A DNA stretch of 64,000 nt from Alphaproteobacteria bacterium (lineage in GTDB: Bacteria > Pseudomonadota > Alphaproteobacteria > UBA8366 > GCA-2717185): NCBI GenBank assembly GCA_021774435.1, contig JAJFJB010000268.1, positions 6,798 through 70,797 on the forward strand, read 5' to 3'. The notes under the pieces were generated by a model that saw only the letters and a list, made by a program, of their open reading frames with translations, ran no database searches and was not told where the DNA came from. Shown here piece after piece: positions 16,973-26,580 of the stretch (its first letter is position 1; each line of letters opens with the position of its first letter). A program made the position numbers and the translations under genes.

Positions 16973-18358
16973 ATGCCAGATTCCCTGCCGACAAATTCAA
17001 AGATCGTCGCCGCGTACCGCGAGCACACGCCAAATTCAGCAGCGCGCGCAAAGGAAGCTCGGGAAGTCTTTCCCAGCGGCCTTGTTCATGATTCGCGCAA
17101 GCTTGACCCCTATGCATTTTACGTCGATAGGGCCCAAGGTAGCCATAAATGGGATATCGACGGTAACGAATATGTCGACTATTTCGGCGGCCATGGGGCC
17201 CTGATCCTCGGCCATAATCACCCGGAGGTACAAAAAGCCGCACATGCGCAGCTCGATAAAGGCACGCATTTCGGTGCCTGCCACGAGTTGGAGGTCCGTT
17301 GGGGCGCATTGGTAAAGCAGTTGGTACCATGCGCAGAACGCGTCCGATTTACGTCATCGGGTACGGAAGCGAATTTGATGGGATTGCGGCTCGCGCGCGC
17401 CTTTACCGGAAAGCCTAAAGTCGTCCGTTTCCTTGGTCATTTCCATGGCTGGCACGATCACGCGGCGTTTGGAGTCAGCAACCATTTCGACGGCACGGCC
17501 TCCCCCGGCGTGCTGGACGGTATTGCGGAGAACGTCCTGCTGGCACCGCCGGATGATATCGAAGCTACCCGTCGTATCTTCGAAGCACATGACGATATCG
17601 GGGCGGTCATCCTCGAACCGACGGGCGCGAGTTTTGGTCAGGTGCCAATGACTCGCGAGTTTGTCGCGGAACTGCGCCGAATTACCGAAGAACGCGGCGT
17701 TATCTTGATTTTTGACGAGGTCGTCACCGGATTCCGGGTCGCCCCCGGCGGTGCGCAGGAGTTTTACGGCGTCACACCCGACATGTGCAGCCTTGCAAAG
17801 ATACTGGCGGGAGGCCTACCCGGCGGTGCGATTACGGGTCGGGAAGATATTCTTGAATTGCTCGACTTCGAGGTCGCGGAAGCCAAAGGCTTCGAAAAAG
17901 TACAGCACCAAGGCACTTACAACGCAAACCCGATGTCAGCGGCAGCGGGAATTGCCGCGCTCGAACTGATCGCGAAAGGTGGCGTTTGCGATGTTGCAAG
18001 CGACAAAGCAGCAACATTACGACGTCTCATCAATGAAGGCTTCGAGGCGGAAGACGTACCCTGGGCCTGTTATGGCGAGCATTCCGGCTTCTACATCTTC
18101 ACCAACCCAAAGAACTTACCGATCACGCCGACCAAGTTCGATGCCTTGGCGCAGGACCGGGAGACGATGAAAGGATCACGGACCGACTGGTTGGTGACGA
18201 AGCTCCGGCTTGGCATTATCGTCAACGGCGGTGATATGAACAGTAAGCCGGGCGGCGTAATGTCCTGCGTACATACCGATGAAGACCTGGAAAAAACCGC
18301 GGACGCCGTGCGCAGCGCCGTGCGCATGCTCAAGGACGAAGGCGATATCGCCGCCTGA
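16973..18358 (+). CDS. Class III (omega-type) aminotransferase, glutamate-1-semialdehyde aminomutase-like
   Basis: DGNEYVDYFGGHGALILGHNHP, FTSSGTEANLMGLRLARAFTG and LIFDEVVTGFR are class III aminotransferase blocks. 461 aa. Confidence 0.8.
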   Translation: MPDSLPTNSKIVAAYREHTPNSAARAKEAREVFPSGLVHDSRKLDPYAFYVDRAQGSHKWDIDGNEYVDYFGGHGALILGHNHPEVQKAAHAQLDKGTHFGACHELEVRWGALVKQLVPCAERVRFTSSGTEANLMGLRLARAFTGKPKVVRFLGHFHGWHDHAAFGVSNHFDGTASPGVLDGIAENVLLAPPDDIEATRRIFEAHDDIGAVILEPTGASFGQVPMTREFVAELRRITEERGVILIFDEVVTGFRVAPGGAQEFYGVTPDMCSLAKILAGGLPGGAITGREDILELLDFEVAEAKGFEKVQHQGTYNANPMSAAAGIAALELIAKGGVCDVASDKAATLRRLINEGFEAEDVPWACYGEHSGFYIFTNPKNLPITPTKFDALAQDRETMKGSRTDWLVTKLRLGIIVNGGDMNSKPGGVMSCVHTDEDLEKTADAVRSAVRMLKDEGDIAA

Positions 18359-18374
18359 CCAAAGGCAAGAAGCG

Positions 18375-19628
18375 CTACGCCGCTTTTAGAATGTTCTGAT
18401 ACGCCGATTTAAGCGCCGCCGACGCGTTGTAGATCGGTGTATGCCCACGCAGTAAGATCTGCGTGGTGCGCTCATAGGCCGCGCTCGGCATTGCAATTTT
18501 CCCCTCCCGGCTCGACCCGGCAATCGTCGCCTTGAGAAGTCCAGCCGGATTCGCCATCCGCACCACATGGTCGGATTCGACCGGGCCTAGGTCCTTCAGT
18601 CCTTGCACCAATTCATGCCCAACGGTCCCCGGTATCAGACAGCAGGCGGCCAAACAGGCACCGCCGGTGACGGCAAGCGACTTGTGTCCAGCTTGGGGCG
18701 TAAAATAGCGCACGCGAATATTCGCACCGCGTGCGACTTCCTCCGCATCCGGCGCCGCTATAATACAAACTTTCGGAATCGTTTCGCTGGCCGCCAGTTC
18801 CGCCTCGGTCATGGACGCACCGCTCTTTCCCTTCAGGCCCATCTTCAAACCGCCTTCAATCCAAATACGTTGCAGCCGGTCCTTGAACGCGGAATCCATA
18901 TCCAGCGCTTCGGGCGTTTCTGACGCGGTTTTACCCAAGTCACTTGCCCGAATGATAACCATGGGCACCGCAAGATCGACGCAGGACACGTCAATGCCAT
19001 CGATCCTATCGGTGCCATCGCCGGTCGGGAGAAGTTGGCCCGTCTTCGCACCGGCCGGATCCAGCAAGGCGAGCTGAACGCCAGGCCATTGCCCCATGAC
19101 ACCGGGAATTTCGGTCGCTGACGCCATGGCGTTGGAAGGTTCCGGCATATCCAGCAGCGCATGCGTTACGACACCCGTGTTCGTATTGAAGATGCGGACC
19201 CTATTGGTCCCGGGCGCCAACGCGATCAGGCCGACTTGCGCGGCGAAAGTCGGCAGCGCGGCGGACATGTTGCCGCAATTCACGCTCCAATCAATCGCGG
19301 CCTTGTTCGGGGCGAGCTGCGCCAGCGTACTTTGGATATCCGCATCATCCCGCGCGGATCGTTCGACGATAAAGACCTTGCAGCTTTGCGGAATGCCTCG
19401 GCCCAGACCGGTAATTTGCGCATTGCGGGCAACCTCTCCTTCAAGAGGAACGCCCATGATGTGACGGATCAGCTCCTCTCGAAGTGCGAGATCGGTTGGT
19501 AAATGCGCTTCGGAAAGCAGAATCCCCGTCGAGGTGCCGCCCCTCATGTGGTAGACGGGGATCTCCAGTACGTTGTCGAGAAACCGCGGCGCGAGGCCGT
19601 GAAAGTGAACCGAAGACTCTCCCATCAC
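18375..19628 (-). CDS. PrpF / 4-oxalomesaconate tautomerase family isomerase
   Basis: IPVYHMRGGTSTGILL near the N-terminus and overall length (417 aa) match the PrpF/GalD-type diaminopimelate-epimerase-like fold family. Confidence 0.7.
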   Translation of the reverse strand: MMGESSVHFHGLAPRFLDNVLEIPVYHMRGGTSTGILLSEAHLPTDLALREELIRHIMGVPLEGEVARNAQITGLGRGIPQSCKVFIVERSARDDADIQSTLAQLAPNKAAIDWSVNCGNMSAALPTFAAQVGLIALAPGTNRVRIFNTNTGVVTHALLDMPEPSNAMASATEIPGVMGQWPGVQLALLDPAGAKTGQLLPTGDGTDRIDGIDVSCVDLAVPMVIIRASDLGKTASETPEALDMDSAFKDRLQRIWIEGGLKMGLKGKSGASMTEAELAASETIPKVCIIAAPDAEEVARGANIRVRYFTPQAGHKSLAVTGGACLAACCLIPGTVGHELVQGLKDLGPVESDHVVRMANPAGLLKATIAGSSREGKIAMPSAAYERTTQILLRGHTPIYNASAALKSAYQNILKAA

Positions 19629-19647
19629 GGCGTGCTCCCTTCAGATC

Positions 19648-20430
19648 TTAAGATTTGTAAGAGGTATCGACCTTGTCGAGCTTGCGCAGCAATGCAGGCC
19701 ATTCGAGCTTACCTGTCGGCCGACGGCCATTGGCCCCTTGCGCCGAGCGCGCCCGCTCCATGGTAATCTGCTGCACCTCTTCCGAAATCGGGTGCAGTTC
19801 CGCACCGCTCTGCTGAAAGGCGAGTTGCATTTTGCAAGCGCGTTCAGCCCGGTACATCCACACGAACGCTTCACCGATCGACTCACCTACCGTGAGCAAA
19901 CCATGGTTACGTAGAACAAGAATTCTCTTATCGCCGAGATCGGCAACGATCCGCGCCCGTTCGTCATGATCCGTCGCCGGTCCTTCGTAATCGTGATAGG
20001 CAACTTGGTACAACGCCAACAGCGCATGCTGATTGATCGGCAGGATGCCGTCCTTTTGCGTCGCGACACTGGTACCCGCTGCCGTATGCGTATGCATGAC
20101 ACAGGTCAGTTCCGGATTCGACATATGGACCGCACTGTGGATCGTGAAGCCGGCCGGGTTCACCTTAAATTCCGACTCGCCAATTTCATTGCCATCCAAA
20201 TCGACCTTGATAAGGGACGACGCTGTAATTTCGTCGAACAGCATACCGTAGGGATTCAACAGGAAGTGATCTTCCGGCCCCGGCACCCGTGCCGAAATAT
20301 GCGTTCCTATCAGGTCCGACCATCCATACATATCAACCAAGCGGTACGCGGCCGCCAGATCAACTCGAACCGCCCACTCTTCATCCGAAATATGCTCCGC
20401 CTGCCCAATCGGTTTGACTACCGCTACCAT
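19648..20430 (-). CDS. Class II aldolase/adducin family protein
   Basis: IGTHISARVPG...FLLNPYG, the metal-binding HMHTHT block (VMHTHTAAG) and LVLRNHGLLTVGESIGEAF are typical of the family. Confidence 0.8.
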   Translation of the reverse strand: MVAVVKPIGQAEHISDEEWAVRVDLAAAYRLVDMYGWSDLIGTHISARVPGPEDHFLLNPYGMLFDEITASSLIKVDLDGNEIGESEFKVNPAGFTIHSAVHMSNPELTCVMHTHTAAGTSVATQKDGILPINQHALLALYQVAYHDYEGPATDHDERARIVADLGDKRILVLRNHGLLTVGESIGEAFVWMYRAERACKMQLAFQQSGAELHPISEEVQQITMERARSAQGANGRRPTGKLEWPALLRKLDKVDTSYKS

Positions 20431-20523
20431 TTGCCGTTCCTTTTCACACTACTATCTCAGGGGAAATTTGCGACAGTATTGCGCCCCGACCACTATTTGG
20501 CAATCCGCGGAGATCGATAGCGG

Positions 20524-21177
20524 TCAGCGAATTGTCACTTCGACCCTTCTGTTTCGGGGCTCGGCGACGCCATCGGCTGTTGGGATAAGCGGATTAATTT
20601 CGCCATGCGAATCCACCTCGACACGTTTATGACGGAGCCCTGCCTCGGTTAGACGTCGCAATGTCGCCTTCGCACGCTTCAAGCTCAACCTGGCATTGCT
20701 TGCTGCGGAACCCGTGCGGTCGGTATGACCCACAACCGATAGCTCCGCAGCCGGGAAATTCTTAATTTCTGCGAAAATTTCCGGGAATTGCGCTTCCGAT
20801 TCAGCGGTTAACCGGTCGGTCCCCGTCCGAAAATATAGCAGGAAAGTTTTCGGTGCCAAAGGCGAAACACGTAGTACTTCGCCCCACTCTTTCTCAATTT
20901 CCGTATCCGAAAACGTCGTCGGGGCCTGCGGTTTCGTTTCTTTGTCCGCCACACGGATTGCTTGATTTGGCTTGCTGATCTTCTGGGTTCCCGCGCTATT
21001 GCGAATCTCAATCGCGCCGGTGGTCCCATCCTTGTCCGGTAATAGTACAAAGACGTTCTTAGGCGCCGCACATGCACCGAGACCAAGCATCGTCAAAAGA
21101 CCGATGACCCGCAATGCCCGGAAACCTGAACTCCTACCCAAAGAAATGGATGGTTTCTCACTGTACAGAGCGGACAT
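20524..21177 (-). CDS. OmpA-like domain lipoprotein
   Basis: Lipobox LLTMLGLGAC followed by a linker. The C-terminal OmpA/MotB-type peptidoglycan-binding domain reads LSVVGHTDRTGSAASNARLSLKRAKA...NRRVEVTI. Confidence 0.8.
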   Translation of the reverse strand: MSALYSEKPSISLGRSSGFRALRVIGLLTMLGLGACAAPKNVFVLLPDKDGTTGAIEIRNSAGTQKISKPNQAIRVADKETKPQAPTTFSDTEIEKEWGEVLRVSPLAPKTFLLYFRTGTDRLTAESEAQFPEIFAEIKNFPAAELSVVGHTDRTGSAASNARLSLKRAKATLRRLTEAGLRHKRVEVDSHGEINPLIPTADGVAEPRNRRVEVTIR

Positions 21178-21178
21178 A

Positions 21179-21619
21179 TCAATTTTCCTCGATCTTTGCG
21201 AGGAACCGCGTCCCGCGAACCACTACCGTCGCGACGGGCGTTTCAATCTTCACGGAGTCCGGAGCCAGCTTGGCGATAACCCCGGACACGTAGAGCATCG
21301 TTCCTTTGATAATACTAATGAAGAATGCGAGCTTGTTCTCATTTGGTGAGAACTCAAACTCTTTAAATTCTATGCGAGAATTTGGTCCGATCGAAATTCG
21401 GGAGCCATCTTTAAAGGTTAAACCTACGGTGCCTTTCGCCGTCTCGATTACATCTTGTCTGTTAATCGGCTCTCCAACACTCAATGCTTGTCTGTCATCA
21501 CCTTGTATCGTGAAGGCCGAACCTTCGAGAACTTTTACCAGCGCAACACCATCATCCTGAGCCCACACCGGTTGTGCCAACCCAAAGATGAGCGCAGTAA
21601 AAAACCAAAAACTTCGCAT
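21179..21619 (-). CDS. Periplasmic FecR-domain protein (no anti-sigma N-terminal domain)
   Basis: Signal peptide MRSFWFFTALIFGLAQPVWAQ, then a FecR-type beta-rich domain (GEPINRQDVIETAKGTVGLTFKDGSRISIGPNSRIEF). Its stop is 1 nt from the start of the OmpA-like gene. Confidence 0.7.
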   Translation of the reverse strand: MRSFWFFTALIFGLAQPVWAQDDGVALVKVLEGSAFTIQGDDRQALSVGEPINRQDVIETAKGTVGLTFKDGSRISIGPNSRIEFKEFEFSPNENKLAFFISIIKGTMLYVSGVIAKLAPDSVKIETPVATVVVRGTRFLAKIEEN

Positions 21620-21670
21620 AATGACTCCAACTCAACAATCGTCTAACGGCCAACCAGCTCAAATCGTTTT

Positions 21671-23734
21671 TCAGGACTCGACAACTCTGTCGGCCGGGAA
21701 CGTAAGCGTCATCCTTGTTCCCCGACCTTTATGACTGACAACATTCAAAGACCCACCATGTTCCTCTATCATTGCGGTGGTTATTGGCAGGCCGAGTCCA
21801 ATTCCCCGCGCGCTATCCGATACGGTCTGATCGGACGCTTGAAATATCTCAAACGCCTCTGCGACTTGTTGTGGACTCATGCCGCTCCCCCCATCGGTGA
21901 CGGAAAGAGAAAAATCACCCTCGCCCACAAAATCCGCCGAAATCAGAATTGGCTCCCCTGGTCGCGAGAACTTCACCGAATTAAGGAGCAAATTTAATAA
22001 CATTTGATTAACCATTCGTCGGTCGGCACGCAATATCGGCAGTTGCGACGCGTCGATAACCGAGATATTCGGCCGATCCTCAGCTCTGACATCGCGAATT
22101 GTCTCGAGACTTTCTTCCAAGGCTTCCGCAAGCGAAAATTCTGTCGCTCTGAGGCGCCGTTCTCCTGACTCCAAATTCGCCATGTCCAGCATCTGTGTCA
22201 CAAGGCTCAAAAGATGTACGGCCGAACCGTGAATATCCTTCGCGTAATTGGCGTAATTCGGCGGCGAAATTGGACCAAGCACCCCATCCTTAATCATCTC
22301 TGAAAACCCAATAATAGCATTCAAAGGCGTACGCAGTTCGTGGCTCATGCCCGCCAGAAAATTCGTTTTCGATTGGCTGGCGGACTCCGCGAGCATTAAG
22401 GCTGTCCGGCGAGCCTGCTCGGTCCTTCTGCGTTCCCGTTGCGTCGCAACGATCTCCAAGCCGATAAAAATAATATAAACCAATAGCATAGAGCAAATTG
22501 AAAAGCTCGGATCAAACATTATTCGGTCGATTTCGAGCAGGACAAGACCGGTCGCAAACAAAGACAGGGCGTAAATCAGAACGATTGCCTGCCCGCCAAA
22601 GGTACGAAGCCGTCCTCGCATTAAAATGATACCGATGCAGCCAATCAGCGTTGCTATAACTTCAAAAAAAACGGCGATATCAGAGCGTTTTAAGTACGTA
22701 TTGGAAACTAAATTGTCGACAAAGACCGCCTGCGCGTCGAGCGCTGACAGCGTCGTACCACCGGTCGAAATAAAACTCTTGGTCAGGCCGACGGCCGTCG
22801 TACCCAGCAAAACGATTCTGCCGGTTAAAACTTCCGCGTCGACCCGGTCGAAAAGGATTTCGGCTGCGGAATAACGTGGTATCAGAGCCGATGACGTGTT
22901 CCGGAGCCAGATATTGCCACCGGAATCGGTCTCGATATTGTTTGCCCCAATCGTCAAACTCTTAACGCCCGGCCCTTCGATTTCCACACCGATCGCATTT
23001 GCCTGATGGAAAACCCGCACGACCTCAACCGCAAAACTCGGAACAATAGAATCATTAACAATGGCAATGGTTGGTAGGCGCCGAATAACTCCATCGCGAT
23101 CCAATTCAAGACTCGCGATGCCGGACCCGGCACTTGCACTTTCGATGATTGGCAAGCTGGCGAGCAGTCCCGGATATCGGGTCAAGCGTGGCGTTGAAGA
23201 CCAACCCAATTTCAACTCGATTGGCGTGCGCGGTAGAATTGGGTTGCCCTGGCTTCGCCGATCTCTCGCCGCCGCCGTTGCCAAGACCGATGGAACACTG
23301 CCTATGCTGGCCGCCAATGCCTGATCATTCGTGGGAAGATCTGCCAACTGTTCGAGGATAAATGGCGACACTTCCAAACCGGACAATACATTTTCCGGTG
23401 ACAAACGGTCAGGTTCCCGGAATAAAAGAGCAATGCCGACGACAGCAGGACGCCCATGCGACAATGCCTTGACGAGTTCTGCGATCCGGTCGCGGGGCCA
23501 TGGCCATTGACCAAAAGCAGTGATACTCGCTTCGTCGACTTCAACGATTGTAATCGGCGCCTTCGTTTGCGGCGATGGAAGGACCCGCTGAGCGAAATCA
23601 AAATACGCATATCGAAGTAAAGCGAGTGGCGTTGTGTCCAGAAACTGTATAACAACCAAACTGCCCATCAGGATTACAGTGAAAAGGCTTTTCAGTTGTC
23701 TGAGCAAACGCTCTTTATTAAGTCTGAACTTCAT
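21671..23734 (-). CDS. CHASE2-domain sensor histidine kinase (orphan, with no adjacent response regulator)
   Basis: An N-terminal TM segment is followed by a roughly 330-aa periplasmic region that begins like CHASE2 proteins (ALLRYAYFDFAQR...ITIVEVDEASI..FGQWPWPR). Three TM segments follow, then the HisKA H-box SHELRTPLNAIIGFSE and HATPase_c N/G boxes (LLNSVKFS, GIGLGLPI). Confidence 0.85.
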   Translation of the reverse strand: MKFRLNKERLLRQLKSLFTVILMGSLVVIQFLDTTPLALLRYAYFDFAQRVLPSPQTKAPITIVEVDEASITAFGQWPWPRDRIAELVKALSHGRPAVVGIALLFREPDRLSPENVLSGLEVSPFILEQLADLPTNDQALAASIGSVPSVLATAAARDRRSQGNPILPRTPIELKLGWSSTPRLTRYPGLLASLPIIESASAGSGIASLELDRDGVIRRLPTIAIVNDSIVPSFAVEVVRVFHQANAIGVEIEGPGVKSLTIGANNIETDSGGNIWLRNTSSALIPRYSAAEILFDRVDAEVLTGRIVLLGTTAVGLTKSFISTGGTTLSALDAQAVFVDNLVSNTYLKRSDIAVFFEVIATLIGCIGIILMRGRLRTFGGQAIVLIYALSLFATGLVLLEIDRIMFDPSFSICSMLLVYIIFIGLEIVATQRERRRTEQARRTALMLAESASQSKTNFLAGMSHELRTPLNAIIGFSEMIKDGVLGPISPPNYANYAKDIHGSAVHLLSLVTQMLDMANLESGERRLRATEFSLAEALEESLETIRDVRAEDRPNISVIDASQLPILRADRRMVNQMLLNLLLNSVKFSRPGEPILISADFVGEGDFSLSVTDGGSGMSPQQVAEAFEIFQASDQTVSDSARGIGLGLPITTAMIEEHGGSLNVVSHKGRGTRMTLTFPADRVVES

Positions 23735-23934
23735 TATTGTCTTTATTAAATTCAGTTCTATTTCAGGATTACAATTTATTTGTCATTTTCGCAATTCTAT
23801 TATGATTTGACGTGCGAGTTAAAACGTTATCCGCTGATAAGCTTTGGATTGAAGCAGAAGAACTCTATCATTTCCTTTCGCAGATATATGGCAAATCATT
23901 CGTTGGCTGCTATTGATAGGATTGGAGATCCTGC

Positions 23935-24723
23935 GTGACTGAAAAACGAACAATCAGAGAGCGAAGTGGCCCTGTGGGACAGATGGTATTCAAAAATCCC
24001 GATCGTCTTAACGCAGTATCACATTCAATGTGGTTGGACGCCGTTCGTATCCTCGAAGAATTCACCGCTAATGATGAAATCCGCGCTTTGGTGGTCTCCG
24101 GGTCTGGCCGCAAGGCATTTAGCGCAGGAGATGATATTTCCGGCTTCGATGAGGGCCGCAACGACGCCGAGTCGGAGGCAACGTTCAAATTAGCGAGCGA
24201 GCGCGCTATGGATTTGCTCGCGAATATGCCCAAACCGACTATCGCAATGATACGCGGTTATTGTATTGGCGGCGGCCTTGAGACGGCAATCACATGCGAT
24301 CTTCGCGTCGCCGCGGACTCCTCCCGTTTTGCAGTTCCTGCCGCTCGTCTTGGTCTTGGCTATGATTTCGCGGGAATCGAGCGGCTTATCAGTCTGGTTG
24401 GCCCCTCCTACGCCAAAGAAATATTCTTCACTGCGAGACAATTCAGCGCGCGGGAAGCTCTCGATATGGGCCTCATCGACAGGATTGCGCCGGAAGCGTT
24501 GCTAGAAGCCGAAGTCGAAACGCTCACAGCTACGATGTGCGAAAATGCACCCCTTAGCCTGAAGACGGTAAAGCAGTGCGTACTGGAGGATCAGAAGGAC
24601 CCGGACCAACGCAACCTTGCCCTGTGCCAACGTATGGTAGATGCCTGTGACGCCAGCCGAGATTATGTCGAAGGCCGGCGCGCCTTTGTCGAAAAACGCA
24701 TACCGGCTTTCGAAGGGCGTTAA
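23935..24723 (+). CDS. Enoyl-CoA hydratase/isomerase (crotonase) family protein
   Basis: GTG start preceded by GGAG. Crotonase blocks are NPDRLNAVS, VVSGSGRKAFSAGDDI, PTIAMIRGYCIGGGLE and RRAFVEKRIPAFEG. Confidence 0.85.
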   Translation: MTEKRTIRERSGPVGQMVFKNPDRLNAVSHSMWLDAVRILEEFTANDEIRALVVSGSGRKAFSAGDDISGFDEGRNDAESEATFKLASERAMDLLANMPKPTIAMIRGYCIGGGLETAITCDLRVAADSSRFAVPAARLGLGYDFAGIERLISLVGPSYAKEIFFTARQFSAREALDMGLIDRIAPEALLEAEVETLTATMCENAPLSLKTVKQCVLEDQKDPDQRNLALCQRMVDACDASRDYVEGRRAFVEKRIPAFEGR

Positions 24724-24726
24724 TAT

Positions 24727-25656
24727 CTATAAAGCCTTAATGGTGTTCAAAGTCGAACGTGCCCGGACCAGGTTCGCGGCAATGATGCAAAATGCGTAAA
24801 GTGACAGTGCGGAAAGCATATAGGGCGAAAACGTGATCCGCGGATCAACGAATTGCGCACCGAAAACAGCAACGGGACCGAGGGCGCGAATGATGTTTGC
24901 GGTCAGCGGAACCGACCGTGCAATGCCGAGTTGAAGGAGATAAATCGGCATCACGATCAGGACACTTCCCGAAACGCCAAGCCATGCAATTTGCTTTGCC
25001 GAATAATCCCAAATCGATCGGGTATCGAACGCCTCCACAGCCACCGCAATGAAAACGATCAAAATAAACCGGGTCGCCAAAATTGCATCCGACCCCACAC
25101 CGTTATCGTGCAGCTTTTTCGTGTAAAGAATAATAACCACAAGCGATACTCCGGCGACCGTCGCAAGCACAACGCCGGAGAGTGACATCACCGAACTTTC
25201 ACCCGGAACGCCGGTGAATCCTGCGACAGCACCAAACCCGATCAAGATCAAGGAGGCGCCGACGCCGGCGAAAAAGACGGCTTCCGCGCGCAGCACAGGT
25301 CCGCGAGCAACTATCCGCCAGCCCAAGATCTCCAGTACAATGATAGCGATAGGGCCAATCCCGCTATACAGCGTGTTCGCCACTGCCGGTGCGGTATGGG
25401 TCAAAGCGAAGAAATACAATATCCAGGCTATCGCGGTCGTTACATTCACCGCAACGACCACGCCAAAATGATGGCGCAATTCCGAAAGGCCCGAGCCGCC
25501 CCGCAGAGCTGCCACGACAAGGAAAAACATTGTGCAAATCGTGCAAGCGATCAGCACAACGGTGAAGAAACCGACCGACTGGAAGACGTGCCCAAAATAT
25601 ACGTCGCGTACGGCTGAAAGCAGGACAAATCCTAAAACGAGTAAGGGTCCAATCAT
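24727..25656 (-). CDS. Integral membrane transporter, probably DMT (EamA-like) superfamily
   Basis: 309 aa with about ten hydrophobic spans and a two-halves organisation. The family assignment rests on topology and size only. Confidence 0.55.
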   Translation of the reverse strand: MIGPLLVLGFVLLSAVRDVYFGHVFQSVGFFTVVLIACTICTMFFLVVAALRGGSGLSELRHHFGVVVAVNVTTAIAWILYFFALTHTAPAVANTLYSGIGPIAIIVLEILGWRIVARGPVLRAEAVFFAGVGASLILIGFGAVAGFTGVPGESSVMSLSGVVLATVAGVSLVVIILYTKKLHDNGVGSDAILATRFILIVFIAVAVEAFDTRSIWDYSAKQIAWLGVSGSVLIVMPIYLLQLGIARSVPLTANIIRALGPVAVFGAQFVDPRITFSPYMLSALSLYAFCIIAANLVRARSTLNTIKAL

Positions 25657-25737
25657 GGCTCACTCCTTCGATTGGACCCAATCTGCCGTCACTAACGCGA
25701 GTCGGCGACCCGATACTTGCTAATCAGCGTGCTGCCT

Positions 25738-26511
25738 CTAACGGCCCTTGAAGACAGGTTCGCGTTTTTCGAGGAAGGCCCGCATGGCTTCCTGAGAATC
25801 TTCATAGTGCGACAGTTCGGTGGTCATGTTCTGCTCGAAGCGATACCCATCCCGCAGGCTCATTTCCTCAATGGTATTCAAAGCGTGTTTCGCGAGACCG
25901 ATTGCTACCGGGCTTTTCGCTGCAATGTCGCGCGCGTATTCCATTGCCAGTTCCATCAGTTGGTCAGGCGGAACCACTGCTTCGACGACACCTAGGCGAT
26001 AGAGCTCGTCTGCCGGTACACGGTATCCTGTCAGCATCATCCTTCGCGTCCGCGAGTGACCGAATAGGCGCATGGCGTGCCGCCCACCACCGAGCAGACC
26101 GACATTGATTTCCGGCAAACCGAGGACGGCTGTTTCCGACGCGAGCAGGATATCGCACGACGCCGCGACCGCGAGACCCGCGCCCAACGCGGCACCATTC
26201 AACGCCCCGATAACCGGCTTGCGGCACTCGACGACTGAATGAAAACACTCGCGGGCGTTTCGGTTGTGCGCCCATGCGACCCCAGGGCCACTGCCCCTTT
26301 CGGAGCGAGCCTTCATATCCGCACCCGCGGAAAAAATTTTCCCGGCCCCCGTCAGCACCGCAACCCGCACATCGTCCCGGTCGCTGATCGCGTCGAACAC
26401 CTGCATCATTTCCGAATGGAAGAGCGTGTTTTGCGCGTTGACGGGCGGATGATCCATGGTGACCACCGCAACAAAGTCACTCACTTCACACTTGATGATC
26501 TTCGTATCCAT
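25738..26511 (-). CDS. Enoyl-CoA hydratase/isomerase (crotonase) family protein
   Basis: VVTMDHPPVNAQN, VLTGAGKIFSAGADMK, PVIGALNGAALGAGLAVA and EAMRAFLEKREPVFKG are crotonase blocks. Confidence 0.85.
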   Translation of the reverse strand: MDTKIIKCEVSDFVAVVTMDHPPVNAQNTLFHSEMMQVFDAISDRDDVRVAVLTGAGKIFSAGADMKARSERGSGPGVAWAHNRNARECFHSVVECRKPVIGALNGAALGAGLAVAASCDILLASETAVLGLPEINVGLLGGGRHAMRLFGHSRTRRMMLTGYRVPADELYRLGVVEAVVPPDQLMELAMEYARDIAAKSPVAIGLAKHALNTIEEMSLRDGYRFEQNMTTELSHYEDSQEAMRAFLEKREPVFKGR

Positions 26512-26580
26512 TGACTTTACTTCCGTCGGAATTTCTAAAGGGCTATTTGGGCGTCACGCTGATGCCGCGCTATTTCTTTG

